A stretch of DNA of 64,000 bases from assembly GCA_963826525.1 (NCBI GenBank), contig CAWGXH010000004.1, forward strand, positions 1,568,001-1,632,000, given 5' to 3'. The translations under genes were made by a program, and so were the position numbers. Origin of the DNA: an uncultured Methanomicrobiaceae archaeon. Its GTDB lineage: Archaea; Halobacteriota; Methanomicrobia; Methanomicrobiales; Methanoculleaceae. Positions within the stretch are counted from its first letter, which is position 1, and each line of letters opens with the position of its first letter. Below are positions 10,959-20,925 of this stretch, piece by piece. The notes under the pieces are model-generated. The model ran no database searches. It saw only the letters and a list, made by a program, of their open reading frames with translations, and was not told the origin of the DNA.

Positions 10959-11600
10959 ATGAACGCCACTGACGCAAGTGTATGTTCCTATCCTGCCGGA
11001 GATTCTTCGATCCGGCGCATGGCGATCGAAGCGGCGGAACTCGGGTTTGACAGCATCGTCTCCATTGAGGGGAATCACGCCGACTCGGATGCCCTTTCAG
11101 TCCTGCGGGGCAGCATCATCAGTGCGTCGTCCGTCAAAGAGGTACTCCGGCAGACGAAGCGGGCGGGCGAAACGGCCGATCTGGTCTTCGTCAACGCGGG
11201 GGATCTCGCCTTCAACCGGGCGGTCGTCACCATCAGAGAGATCCAGGTGCTCCGGAACATCTACAAAACACCTAAGAACTCCTTTGATCACGTAACGGCA
11301 CGGTCCGCAGCGGAAAAGGGTGTGGCGGTCGATATCAACCTCTACCCGATCGTTCATTACCGGGGAGTCGGGAGGCAGAAGGTGCTCCACCGGTATGCCG
11401 ACCTGCTCATGCTTCACCGCCGCTACGGCTTTCTGCTGACCCTCTCGAGCAACGCGCGATCAATCCTCGATCAGCGGTCCGTCCGGGAGATGCACGAGCT
11501 CTCTGCCCTCTTCGGCATGACCGCAGAGGAGGTACGCGCCGCCCTCGGAACCGTCTCCCGGCTCCTCGAACCGGAACGTCCGGTGAAGGTGATCAAATGA
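10959..11600 (+). CDS. rnp3: RNase P protein component 3 (Rpp30)
   Basis: FDHVTARSAAEKGVAVDI, LSSNARS; conserved position after rpl15e. Confidence 0.85.
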   Translation: MNATDASVCSYPAGDSSIRRMAIEAAELGFDSIVSIEGNHADSDALSVLRGSIISASSVKEVLRQTKRAGETADLVFVNAGDLAFNRAVVTIREIQVLRNIYKTPKNSFDHVTARSAAEKGVAVDINLYPIVHYRGVGRQKVLHRYADLLMLHRRYGFLLTLSSNARSILDQRSVREMHELSALFGMTAEEVRAALGTVSRLLEPERPVKVIK

Positions 11601-12079
11601 GACCGCGGCCACCGGTGATGCGGCAGAAGCGGCGATACATTCTTGTCCGGCTCACCCCCTTCGGGGTCTGCCGGGACCAGAAACAGATCTACCTGTCGGT
11701 GATTGATGCGGCAACCGCACTCCTCGGCGACGTGGTGACCGGGCTTTCGCAGCCTGCGGTCGTCTACTGCGATGATCAGTTCGTCATCGTCCGATGTCGC
11801 CGGGGTTCGGAGCACGAGATCACGACCGCACTCGCCACGGTTACCTCTGTCGGGGATCGACCCGCTGTTATGAGAACGGTTGCCGTCTCCGGCACCGTCC
11901 ATGCACTGAAGCGGCAGATCCGGGTTATCTGTCCGGTATCGGAGACGGGGGAGTGCATGATCGGGGAAAAATATTTTACCGTATACCGCTATCCCCGTCA
12001 AAAGGTTGATTTGGTTGAAAAAAGTATTAAAGACCAGAAGTTATTGTTTTTCACCGAAACGGATTTGGAGGAGAGATAA
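11597..12079 (+). CDS. rnp2: RNase P protein component 2 (Pop5/Rpp14)
   Basis: PPVMRQKRRYI and VSGTVHALK; operon position. Confidence 0.85.
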   Translation: MRPRPPVMRQKRRYILVRLTPFGVCRDQKQIYLSVIDAATALLGDVVTGLSQPAVVYCDDQFVIVRCRRGSEHEITTALATVTSVGDRPAVMRTVAVSGTVHALKRQIRVICPVSETGECMIGEKYFTVYRYPRQKVDLVEKSIKDQKLLFFTETDLEER

Positions 12080-12801
12080 TGCAGCCACAATATCAAATGG
12101 GATATGACCGGGCGATCACCGTATTCAGCCCGGACGGACGGCTTTACCAGGTCGAGTATGCACGGGAAGCGGTCAAACGCGGCACCACCGCCGTCGGTAT
12201 CAAGTGCAGTAACGGTGTCGTGCTGATCGTCGATAAGAGGGTGAGTTCCCGCCTCCTCGAGCCGGTTTCCATCGAGAAGATCTTCAAGATCGACGCACAC
12301 ATCGGAGTGGCATCCTCGGGCCTCGTCGGGGATGCACGGTCGCTCGTGGACAGGGCACGGGTGGAAGCTCAGATTAACCGGGTCTCCTTTGACGAGCCGA
12401 TGGACGTCGAGGTTCTCGCAAAGAAACTCTGCGATCACATGCAGGTCTACACACAGTTCGGGGGCGCCCGTCCCTACGGTACCGCCCTCCTCATCGCCGG
12501 CATCAGCGAAAACGAAGCGCGCCTCTTTGAGACCGATCCGAGCGGTACGCTGCTTGAATACAAGGCGACGGGGATTGGAACCGGCAGGCCTGCGGTCATG
12601 AAGGTCTTTGAGGACGAGTACCGGGAAGACCTGACCACTGAAGATGCGGTTCAGCTCGGGCTCAAGGCACTCCATGCCGCGACCGAGGGGAAGTTCGACG
12701 TGAACACGGTCGAGATCGGCATCGTTTCCCTGGAGGAGAAATCCTTCCGGAAGCTCGAGCGGGATGAAGTAAAAATATTCGTCGACAAGTACGAGCAGTG
12801 A
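12079..12801 (+). CDS. psmA: Proteasome subunit alpha
   Basis: GYDRAITVFSPDGRLYQVEYAREAVKRG, RPYG, TDPSG; C-terminal HbYX-like YEQ. Confidence 0.98.
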   Translation: MQPQYQMGYDRAITVFSPDGRLYQVEYAREAVKRGTTAVGIKCSNGVVLIVDKRVSSRLLEPVSIEKIFKIDAHIGVASSGLVGDARSLVDRARVEAQINRVSFDEPMDVEVLAKKLCDHMQVYTQFGGARPYGTALLIAGISENEARLFETDPSGTLLEYKATGIGTGRPAVMKVFEDEYREDLTTEDAVQLGLKALHAATEGKFDVNTVEIGIVSLEEKSFRKLERDEVKIFVDKYEQ

Positions 12802-12811
12802 GTCGTCCTGC

Positions 12812-13510
12812 ATGATCCCCCTCGATAAGGCAGTTGTGGCACGCCTTGAAAGCCACGGAGAGCGATTCGAGGTTCTCGTTGACCCTGATATGGCGGTGCC
12901 GGTCAGGCATGGCGAAGCAGTCGACCTTGAAGACGTAGTCGCCGCTGACTACGTCTTCTCGAACGCCGCCCATGCGGAGAAGGCTTCCGAAGAGGCGCTT
13001 TTGAAAGTATTCGCCACAACGGAGTTCGAACCGATCGCCCGCCGGATTATCCAGAAGGGCGAGATTCACCTCACCGCCGAACAGCGCCGTCAGATGATCG
13101 CCGACAAGCGCCGCCAGGTCATCACGTTCATCGCACGAAATGCGATAAATCCTCAGAATAACCTCCCTCATCCCCCGCAGCGGATCGAACTTGCGATGGA
13201 GCAGGTCAAGATCAACATCGACCCGTTCAAGCACCTCGACGAGCTCGTCAAGGAGGCAGTAAAGGCTCTCCGGCCGATACTGCCTATCCGGTTCGAGGAA
13301 GTCCGCATCGCAGTGAGGTTTCCCCCGGACTATGCGGCACGGGCTTTCGGAGAGATTCAGCCGGCCGCCACGATCGAGCAGAACGAATGGCAGAAGGACG
13401 GGTCGTGGATCTGTGTCGTCAGAATTCCCGCCGGGATCCAGGAAGAGTTCTTCAGTCTGGTAAACCGCGTGTCGAAGGGTGATGCCGAGGTCAAACTTCT
13501 GGATCGCTGA
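12812..13510 (+). CDS. Ribosome maturation factor SBDS/Sdo1
   Basis: ARLESHGERFEVLV, GEIHLTAEQRR, PHPPQRIE, LPIRFE. Confidence 0.95.
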   Translation: MIPLDKAVVARLESHGERFEVLVDPDMAVPVRHGEAVDLEDVVAADYVFSNAAHAEKASEEALLKVFATTEFEPIARRIIQKGEIHLTAEQRRQMIADKRRQVITFIARNAINPQNNLPHPPQRIELAMEQVKINIDPFKHLDELVKEAVKALRPILPIRFEEVRIAVRFPPDYAARAFGEIQPAATIEQNEWQKDGSWICVVRIPAGIQEEFFSLVNRVSKGDAEVKLLDR

Positions 13511-13572
13511 ACCGTGATTAACTATATTAATCGAAAACGCAAATATAAAAGGACATATCAGAGGTGTGCGGA

Positions 13573-13863
13573 ATGGCAAAAGGCAAACAGAGAGCAAAAG
13601 GAAGGGTTGTCGGAAGTTCCGGTCGTTTCGGACCGCGGTATGGGAGATTTACCAGAAAGAGAGTTAACGAGATCGAGAAGGTCTCGCGTGCCCTTCACAG
13701 CTGTCCGCGCTGTGATCAGATTGCTGTGCGCCGGCAGGGAACCGGCATCTGGGAATGCCGCAAGTGCGGGTTCAAGTTCGCTGGTGGCACCTATGTGCCG
13801 GAGACCCCGACGATGCGTGTCGCTACCCGGAGCATTGAACGCTCAATGCAGAAGGAGGCATAA
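13573..13863 (+). CDS. rpl37ae: 50S ribosomal protein L37ae
   Basis: [12 protein letters not shown]...[14 protein letters not shown]. Confidence 0.97.
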   Translation: MAKGKQRAKGRVVGSSGRFGPRYGRFTRKRVNEIEKVSRALHSCPRCDQIAVRRQGTGIWECRKCGFKFAGGTYVPETPTMRVATRSIERSMQKEA

Positions 13864-13868
13864 TCAGT

Positions 13869-14000
13869 TTGGCAGCCTATAAATGCGCACGGTGCAAGCA
13901 GAAGGTGGATATTGATATTAATATCCGTTGTCCCTACTGTGGACACCGTATCCTCTTTAAAGAGCGTGGAGCCGGAATTAAAGACTTAAAGGCCAGATGA
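13869..14000 (+). CDS. rpoP: DNA-directed RNA polymerase subunit P (43 aa, TTG start; below the ORF-track cutoff)
   Basis: Manual translation (L/M)[42 protein letters not shown]. Confidence 0.93.
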   Translation: MAAYKCARCKQKVDIDINIRCPYCGHRILFKERGAGIKDLKAR

Positions 14001-14401
14001 CGGTCGTCACCACTTCACGCAAACCGCTCCCCGAGGTGCGGTCGTTAGCGCGCGATATGGCTTTTGCCCTCGGGGGAAGGTATTTTACCCGCGGCAAGAT
14101 GGGGATGAGCGAGCTCCTCGCAGAGGATCAGACGGCGCTCGTCCTCTCCAAACAGGGCCGCATCTTTCTTTTACAGGTATATAGCGACGATACGCCTGTT
14201 GCCAGCGTCTCCGTGAGCGGTTTCTCCGTCGAACACCGCGAGGGGGAGATCCGGCGGGGCCTGTACGTGGCCGACCGCCCGGTCTTCGATGACCTGAAGG
14301 ATCATCTCGCGGTCTCTCACGCAGAAGACCTCCGGGAGCATACGATGGAGTTCGACGGGACACAGCGAAAACACTATGTCCTCACGCTGACAGAGCCATG
14401 A
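13997..14401 (+). CDS. Brix-domain-like ribosomal biogenesis protein
   Basis: TTSRKP...RSLARD...RGKM N-terminal Brix/IMP4-like motif; conserved position after rpoP. Confidence 0.7.
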   Translation: MTVVTTSRKPLPEVRSLARDMAFALGGRYFTRGKMGMSELLAEDQTALVLSKQGRIFLLQVYSDDTPVASVSVSGFSVEHREGEIRRGLYVADRPVFDDLKDHLAVSHAEDLREHTMEFDGTQRKHYVLTLTEP

Positions 14402-14646
14402 CCTCTTCGGCGACCTTCAGGTTTTCCGGCGAGAGCGCAGGACTTCTCTATCGTTCGATATGTCAGGGGCAGGGGGAGGTCGCCGGTCGTTCGACTGCCC
14501 GGGTCTGGATTCAAGATGATACGACGCTCATGCTCCTGATTACCGCCGCGGATACAGCCGCGCTCCGAGCCGCCCTGAACAGCTGGCTTCGGCTCATCAA
14601 CGTTGCGGACGAGGTTCTCGATCTCGTGCAGGCGACGCGCCCCTGA
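14398..14646 (+). CDS. pcc1: KEOPS complex subunit Pcc1
   Basis: ITAADTAALRAALNSWLRLINVA signature. Confidence 0.88.
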   Translation: MTSSATFRFSGESAGLLYRSICQGQGEVAGRSTARVWIQDDTTLMLLITAADTAALRAALNSWLRLINVADEVLDLVQATRP

Positions 14647-14734
14647 GCCGCAACCGGATCGCTCACTTTTTTGCTCTCCCCGTTCTATGTCTGCACTACG
14701 TTCCGGGCGAACGGTCTTCTCCCGTGGTGACGGC

Positions 14735-15508
14735 ATGGATGGTACACTTCGCGCACTGATTCTGGCACTCGGTATCGCTCTCGTACTTGCCGGGGGGTTC
14801 ATCGGCTTCTTCGGGTACGTTGGAGTTATGTACGATCGAACGCTTACGAGCACGTACACGTATGGGGTCGCCGTCGAGACCGATGCTCCGCTCTCGAACG
14901 TGACGCTGTTTCTCCCTCTGCCCGACAACGGTGGGCGTTCGCCGGTTGTCGCGGATGTCGGCGCGGGTGACATCTACGGACTCCCGATGAGCTGGCAGAC
15001 CGGGGTGTACGGCACCGGAAAAGCGACGCTCCTGAAGATTACGGCCGGACGGATAGAGGCGGCATACCGTCCTGCTCCCGTACCTGCAGATCAGGGGGAG
15101 AACCTGACGCCTGCAGCCGGACGTTTGCCTGTCCCTGTCCCTATCGAGCTCATCATCGAGGCGGAGGCAGAGAGACTGATCGATACCCGCTTTCCCGTCG
15201 GGAACAGCACGGTGCTTCTGCCGAAGTTCAACCTGACGGAGGTTCGCTGCGATCTTCCGCATGACCTGCAGGATCCGCCTGCCTGTTACGACTACGAAAC
15301 GTCGTTCTTTGCCGACTACGAGGCGGCACCCGACACCACGGTAACTATCTCCGTCAGCCTGACCGGGTCGAATACGTGGTTTATCTTCGGCTGGTCCGGC
15401 AATGAGTTCCGCGACCGGGCCGTGCTCACGCTCACGGGAGAGAGCCACGGATGGCAATCTGCGGACGGGTCGATGACGGCCGGCATCGGGCTTTATGAGA
15501 TTCTGTAG
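14735..15508 (+). CDS. Hypothetical membrane-anchored/exported protein
   Basis: N-terminal TM helix (LILALGIALVLAGGFIGFFGYVG) followed by a beta-rich domain (LSNVTLFLPLP). Confidence 0.75.
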   Translation: MDGTLRALILALGIALVLAGGFIGFFGYVGVMYDRTLTSTYTYGVAVETDAPLSNVTLFLPLPDNGGRSPVVADVGAGDIYGLPMSWQTGVYGTGKATLLKITAGRIEAAYRPAPVPADQGENLTPAAGRLPVPVPIELIIEAEAERLIDTRFPVGNSTVLLPKFNLTEVRCDLPHDLQDPPACYDYETSFFADYEAAPDTTVTISVSLTGSNTWFIFGWSGNEFRDRAVLTLTGESHGWQSADGSMTAGIGLYEIL

Positions 15509-15659
15509 CCGGAGAGGGGCATACAAGCCTCATCTTTTAATGTATGAAGATTCTTATCATGTAGGCAAAGGATGGAGTGCGCATCCCGCGGGAGACCTTG
15601 AGCCGTCCCCATCGCACGTATGAAAAATACTATTGTATGTTAAGAGGAGATCGGTGAAC

Positions 15660-16019
15660 ATGGATAATATTCCGCCAAAAGTCCAGAATCAGCTTGCCAT
15701 GTTGCAGCAGATGCAGCAGCAGCTGCAGACGATCGTGTCGCAGAAGGCGCAGTACGAGATGACGGCACGGGAGGCCAGAAGAGCGGTCGAAGACCTCGGT
15801 GACGTGCCTGAGGATGCGAACATCTACATGAGCGTCGGCAACGTCATGATGCAGCAGAGCAGGGATAAGGTCATATCGACGTTAAATGAGAAACTCGAGA
15901 CACTCGACCTGCGTATCAAATCCCTCGAGAAGCAGGAGAAGGCGCTTCAGAGCCGGTTTGAACAGCTCTCCACTCAGATAAAGGGTGCGCTTGAAGGAAA
16001 GCCTCCAGGCGCCAGTTAG
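15660..16019 (+). CDS. pfdB: Prefoldin subunit beta
   Basis: IPPKVQNQLAMLQQ, IYMSVGNVM hairpin, coiled coil. Confidence 0.93.
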   Translation: MDNIPPKVQNQLAMLQQMQQQLQTIVSQKAQYEMTAREARRAVEDLGDVPEDANIYMSVGNVMMQQSRDKVISTLNEKLETLDLRIKSLEKQEKALQSRFEQLSTQIKGALEGKPPGAS

Positions 16020-16090
16020 AAGTCGCTTCCTTTTTTTAAGTCCCCCGGAGACCGGGGTGGGCAGGGATGCCGGTTATCGCTGGGTGTCCG

Positions 16091-17619
16091 TCACTCTTCA
16101 GCCCTCGATACCCGGCAGACGAGGTTGATGGCGTTGACCATCGCCTCGACGGATGCGAGAACGATGTCGTCGCTGGAGCCGCTAGCCTCAAAGACTCTGC
16201 CCCGTGCATCTTCGACGGCGATAGTGACATGACCGAGGGCATCCGTCCCGCCTGATATCGCATCGATATGGAACTCCTTGAGGTGGATGGGGGCGGGAAT
16301 TATGCCGAGGATCGCTTTGACCGCGGCGTCGACGGGGCCGTTTCCGATGCTCGAGAAGCTGTGCTCTTCTCCGTTGACGGTTGCCCGTATACTCGCGGTC
16401 GGGATGAGGTGATTCCCGGTCATGATGGCGATCTCCTGCAGGTCGATGACCTTCGCATCGGCCCGGATCTTCATGACGCTCTCGGCGATCTCGTAGAGGT
16501 CGGCGTCGGTGACCCGTTTACCCTTACTTGCGATGATCTTCACCCTGTGTACGATCTCGTCGAGCTGGGCATCTTCCGGTTCGAGGTGCACCTCGGTGAG
16601 CATCTGCCGCACGGCGTGGCGGCCTGCGTGTTTGCCGAGTTTCAGCCTCCGCCGGTGGCCGACCATCTCGGGTGTCATGATCCCGGGTTCGAAGGTATCG
16701 GAGCGGGTGATGACGCCGTGCGAGTGGATCCCGCTCTCGTGGGCGAATGCGTTCTCCCCAACGATCGGCTGGATGGGCGGTATCTGGATGCCGGCGTAGC
16801 GTGAGACCAGTCGGGAGGTCTCGACAAGGCTTGTGGTGGCGATGCCGGTATTGATGCCGTAGATGGATTCGAGGGTCATCACCGTCTGCGCGAGATCCGC
16901 GTTTCCTGCCCGCTCACCGATGCCGTTGACCGTCACCTGCACCTGAGAGGCACCACCCTCCACCGCGGCGATGGTGTTCGCCACCGCGAGACCGAAGTCG
17001 TTGTGGCAGTGGACGTCGATGGGACAGCGGATCTCCCCTGCGATCCGGGTCACAGCTCCCTCATCGCTGTCGGCGTGATGACGCCGACCGTGTCGGGGAC
17101 GTTGATGACGGTTGCACCGCCCTCGACGGCCGCGTGGTAGACTTCGATTAAGTAGTCCCAGTCCGTCCTCGTTGCATCCATCGCCGAGAACATGCACTGG
17201 CCGAGGTGCTCGCGGACGTAGCCGACGATCGAGCGGGTGATCTCGAGCACCTCCTCGCGGCTCTTCCGGATAGTATGCTCCCGCTGGATGTCGGATGTCG
17301 GGATGAAGACATGGACCATGTCCACATCGCAGTCGAGGCAGACGTCTACATCGGCCTGGATGGATCGCGCCAGTCCGCAGACGTTCGCGGAGAGCGGCAG
17401 CTCGCGGATGGCTTTGACGATCTCTCTCTCGGCTCCGGAGGAAGCCGGGAATCCTGCTTCGATGACATGGACTCCTATGTCGGAGATCTGCTGTGCAATA
17501 CCGAGCTTCTGCTCCCGTGTGAACGAGATGCCCGGGGTCTGTTCACCATCCCTGAGGGTGGTGTCGAAAACAGTAATGTCCTTGTTCGCCTGGCTAGCGA
17601 CGAAGAAGACAGTACGCAT
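16091..17619 (-). CDS. leuA: 2-isopropylmalate synthase (LeuA/CimA family); one apparent -1 frameshift at ~17053
   Basis: FDTTLRDGEQTPG, PDTVG, HCHNDFG, GIGERAGN, HESGIH, and a C-terminal regulatory domain with GNGPVDA. LeuA versus CimA is not firmly resolved. Confidence 0.8.
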
Positions 17620-17656
17620 CAGCGTACGCGTCTGCGTCGGCGTTCATGCGTTTCAT
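17594..17656 (-). CDS. Putative leaderless leader peptide MKRMNADADAYADAYCLLRR overlapping the leuA start
   Basis: 20-codon uORF starting ~22 nt downstream of a TTATATAT box (17685-17678, minus strand). Tandem CTT CTT Leu codons sit just past the leuA ATG. Confidence 0.4.
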   Translation of the reverse strand: MKRMNADADAYADAYCLLRR

Positions 17657-17769
17657 TCATAACCATTGGGGGCCCATATATATAATGGCGATGGCGGTTC
17701 CGGGGCAGATTGCGGGAGTAGAATCGACATATTTAATAACAACGCCTTCATACATTAGTAGCGCAGTGC

Positions 17770-17876
17770 CCCGCCTTAACTCAGACTGGTAGAGTGCGCG
17801 GCTGTAGTATAGAATCGCCGTTTCGGCGAACTGCGCGGCTACCGCGATGTCCCCGGTTCGAATCCGGGAGGCGGGA
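17770..17876 (+). tRNA. tRNA-Tyr(GTA) with a 33-nt intron at 37/38 (17808-17840)
   Basis: Acceptor CCCGCCT/AGGCGGG, anticodon stem CGCGG/CCGCG, loop CT-GTA-G, T arm CCCGG-TTCGAAT-CCGGG. Confidence 0.95.
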
Positions 17877-17890
17877 TCTCAATCATTGGT

Positions 17891-17963
17891 GCCCAGGTAG
17901 TGTAGTGGCCTATCATGACGGCCTGTCACGCCGTCGACACGGATTCGAATTCCGTCCTGGGCG
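17891..17963 (+). tRNA. tRNA-Asp(GTC)
   Basis: Acceptor GCCCAGG/CCTGGGC, anticodon arm ACGGC-CTGTCAC-GCCGT, T arm ACGGA-TTCGAAT-TCCGT. Confidence 0.96.
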
Positions 17964-18243
17964 TTTCCCATTTTCACTGCATTTCAAGTATCGTTCTTAA
18001 GAAGTAGAGCCGCTGCCATGACCGTCATGGCATTCGCCTGACCTGACAGCACATGCTGGCAGGTTTCTTTTGCGTTCCGGTGCCCGTACAGCCGAGTGAT
18101 GTCTCCGGGACTCGCTCGGATTCCTGAGATGAGGCCTGCATCTCTCTCCCTCGTTGTGAGCACTCTATTTATCCCGGGGGGTTTTGCGAAACCTCCCTCG
18201 CCGTGCGAAGGTATAAATATGGGGGTGTAGTGTATGGACTCCT

Positions 18244-18378
18244 ATGCGCGGTCTGGTACACTTGCACCCTGGGGATGCACTCCTGAACAGTATGGGGTAT
18301 ATCATCATCGCCCTTGCAATCGTTGCTTTTGGGAGTCTGGCCTTATTTATGGTCATATCGCTGTCTGAACTGATGTGA
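18244..18378 (+). CDS. Small single-TM membrane peptide (44 aa)
   Basis: MRGLVHLHPGDALLNSMGYIIIALAIVAFGSLALFMVISLSELM*, about 30 nt after a TATA-like tataaata at 18212. Confidence 0.45.
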   Translation: MRGLVHLHPGDALLNSMGYIIIALAIVAFGSLALFMVISLSELM

Positions 18379-18662
18379 GATCCTCTTCCGGGTGTTTCCG
18401 GAGGATTTAACTACTTTTGACTTTCGCCGCTCGTGGTGCTGCATGCCCGGGCGGGTGATCGTTCTTTTCCTGCCGGTGCTCCCGTTAGCAGCTCCAGGGT
18501 CTGTATCGGTCAATGGTATTTCTTCATCCGGTACATCCGGGTACACCCGGCCGACTCGGCCTGCGTGGGCGGCCATCCGGAGCACGAATGCGGGAGGTTC
18601 ATTACCTATTGCCGGTACAGTATGAAGAAACAGTACCAGAAGTACAAAGGATGTGATGCTGT

Positions 18663-19316
18663 ATGGAGAGAGGCACTGAGCCACACCGCTCGGACAGGGA
18701 TTTTACGGTCGAGAAGGAAGGAGTACAGGCGCTGCGGGAGGCCATGACGGAAGACGGGGATGCGGGCATACGCAGGATGGCATCGATATTCCTGGGGAGT
18801 CTCTCCTGCCCCGAAGCGGTGGATTCTCTGCTTGCCGGCCTTTGCGATCCGGAGAAGGACGTGCGGGCTCAGGCAATGCGGTCACTGGTTGCGATCGGCT
18901 CCCCGTCCGTGAAACCGCTCTCTCCGGCACTCCGGGACGAGGACTGGAGAGTGCGGTATCGGGCTGCAGAAGCGCTCGGGCTGATCGCGGATCCTGCGGG
19001 ATTCGATCCGCTTGTTGCCGCTCTCTCCGATGAAAAGGATCATGTCAGGTACATGGCGGCGAAGGGTCTTGGAAAACTTCGTGATCTGCGTGCCGTTCCC
19101 TTCCTGATCGCCCTGCAGAGCGACGAGAACGAGTATGTGCGGCGGAGTGTCGCCGTATCGCTCGGCGCCATCGGCGGTGAGCAGGCAGCCCGGGCACTCG
19201 ACGGCGCCCTCGATACGGAGACCTGCGAGGGCGTGCGGGACGCGATTGCGGCCGCCCTCCGGGAAGTACGCTTCCGGATCCGTATAGTGTTGCATCTCTC
19301 TAACAGAAACGGGTGA
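18663..19316 (+). CDS. HEAT (PBS lyase-type) repeat protein
   Basis: Repeated D-x3-VR-x2-AA-x-ALG units (DEDWRVRYRAAEALG, DEKDHVRYMAAKGLG). Start uncertain. Confidence 0.85.
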   Translation: MERGTEPHRSDRDFTVEKEGVQALREAMTEDGDAGIRRMASIFLGSLSCPEAVDSLLAGLCDPEKDVRAQAMRSLVAIGSPSVKPLSPALRDEDWRVRYRAAEALGLIADPAGFDPLVAALSDEKDHVRYMAAKGLGKLRDLRAVPFLIALQSDENEYVRRSVAVSLGAIGGEQAARALDGALDTETCEGVRDAIAAALREVRFRIRIVLHLSNRNG

Positions 19317-20031
19317 CGATGGCGGTGATGTTATCGCTGCTCGCTCCCGCCTTCGCCGCTGCAACAAGCCTCCTGCACGCTTCGCCCGGGTCAACGGAAA
19401 GAAGCGTCTCCCATATCCGCTCTTCCGGGACGTAATCGTGCAGCCCGTCGGTACTGAGCAGGAGTGTGGCGTTTCGGAGGTCTTTTTCGTAGGTATCGAC
19501 CGAAACAGTCCCGGCAAGGCCGAGGGCTTGTGTCAGGATGTTCTTCTTTGGGTGGCGGGCTGCCTCTCCGGCGCCGATCACCCCTGCATCCACCAGTTCC
19601 TGCACGTAACTATGATCCTTCGTGTGCCAGATCGCGTCCCTGGTGACGATATATGCTCTGCTGTCACCGACCGTGGCGATCCGACAGATCCCTTTCTCAT
19701 CGACGAGCGCGGCGGTCAGCGTTGTCCCCGCATTCAGCCCGTTCTCCAGGTTGTACCGATAAATCGCGGCATTCGCCCGCCGAAACCCGATCGTCAGCAG
19801 GGTGCCGGGGTCGGGGTGCGGCAGGGACTCCAAAAGGGTCTCGGTGAGAATGCGGATCGCCATCGTGCTCGCCACATCGCCCGCCGCATGGCCGCCGAGC
19901 CCGTCTGCAACGGCAAAGATCCGGTATCGCCCGACCTCGCCGGTAAAGAGTGCATCCTCGTTTCTCGCTCTTTTTCCTTGGTCGCTGACAGACGCGACGG
20001 CTCCTCCGGACAGCGGCATCACCCGTATCAT
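19300..20031 (-). CDS. PP2C-family Ser/Thr protein phosphatase
   Basis: RARNED, VADGLGGH, GTT, VGDSRAY, TKDHS, STDGL, DNIT. Confidence 0.93.
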   Translation of the reverse strand: MIRVMPLSGGAVASVSDQGKRARNEDALFTGEVGRYRIFAVADGLGGHAAGDVASTMAIRILTETLLESLPHPDPGTLLTIGFRRANAAIYRYNLENGLNAGTTLTAALVDEKGICRIATVGDSRAYIVTRDAIWHTKDHSYVQELVDAGVIGAGEAARHPKKNILTQALGLAGTVSVDTYEKDLRNATLLLSTDGLHDYVPEERIWETLLSVDPGEACRRLVAAAKAGASSDNITAIVTRFC

Positions 20032-20178
20032 GGCTATCTATCACACTCCCTCATGGGAGTATCGGTTTTGCGGTCGGTTATCGTGCAGGTGATCCTATCC
20101 GGCAGCACGTATGGGGCGTTGAAACCGGTCTCTCTCTGTTTGAAGTACGACTCCATCCGTGTTCGTCGGAGGGGCTTT

Positions 20179-20925
20179 TCAGATCAGCAGAAGAAGTGCG
20201 GTATACAGAAAAGCACCCAGGACGAATGGCGTTATCCGGCTCTTTCGTTCTTCGGGGAGTTCCTCCTTGAGCACGTTGAGGATAACGCCGCCGGCGAGGA
20301 ACGAGGCGAGGACGGCGACTCCGAGTGCCGAGACCTCGGTCAGGTAGCCGAGAACCCATCCCCCCACCAATGAACCGGTGAGCACCCACCGCCCGATCTC
20401 GTCGTAGTCACGCCGGTGATCCTTTCGCAGTCCGTAGTCGGTGACGAAGAAATGCAGTGCCATCGCCACGGCAAAGAACACGAGGCTGAGTGCACCCGGC
20501 TTTTCCCGGTGGAGCAGGAGATAGCCGATGAGCATATTGTAGATGCCGAAGGAGGTGATGTGCAGCCAGAAGACGTTCCGGCTGGTCGTCGTCCGGTCGG
20601 GGCCGGCAGCAACTGTCTGCTCCTGGGAGTTCCTGACCATGCGCTCAAGCCCGTAAAAGACAACGAGACCGAGAAGAGCGATGATGTATATGTGGTTCTC
20701 GATGGAGACGAGCACTCCGGAGCGGATAGACGCAAGGACGACCTCCTGACCGGCACCGAGCTCGGGGAGCAGGCGGACGAAGATGTATGCCACAGAGACC
20801 CCGCCTGCCAGTGACAGCCATCGACTTCTGGGGATGACATCCAGAAACCGCAGTTTTCCGGCTATCAGGTGCACAAAGACCAGGACGGCCACGGCGATCA
20901 GGGTCAGCGTGACGATGGATACCAT
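20179..20925 (-). CDS. Multi-pass membrane protein (ZIP-like metal transporter fold suspected)
   Basis: About 8 TM segments; SLAGGVSVAYIF...LLPEL, AMALHF, LKEELP motifs. Confidence 0.7.
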   Translation of the reverse strand: MVSIVTLTLIAVAVLVFVHLIAGKLRFLDVIPRSRWLSLAGGVSVAYIFVRLLPELGAGQEVVLASIRSGVLVSIENHIYIIALLGLVVFYGLERMVRNSQEQTVAAGPDRTTTSRNVFWLHITSFGIYNMLIGYLLLHREKPGALSLVFFAVAMALHFFVTDYGLRKDHRRDYDEIGRWVLTGSLVGGWVLGYLTEVSALGVAVLASFLAGGVILNVLKEELPEERKSRITPFVLGAFLYTALLLLI

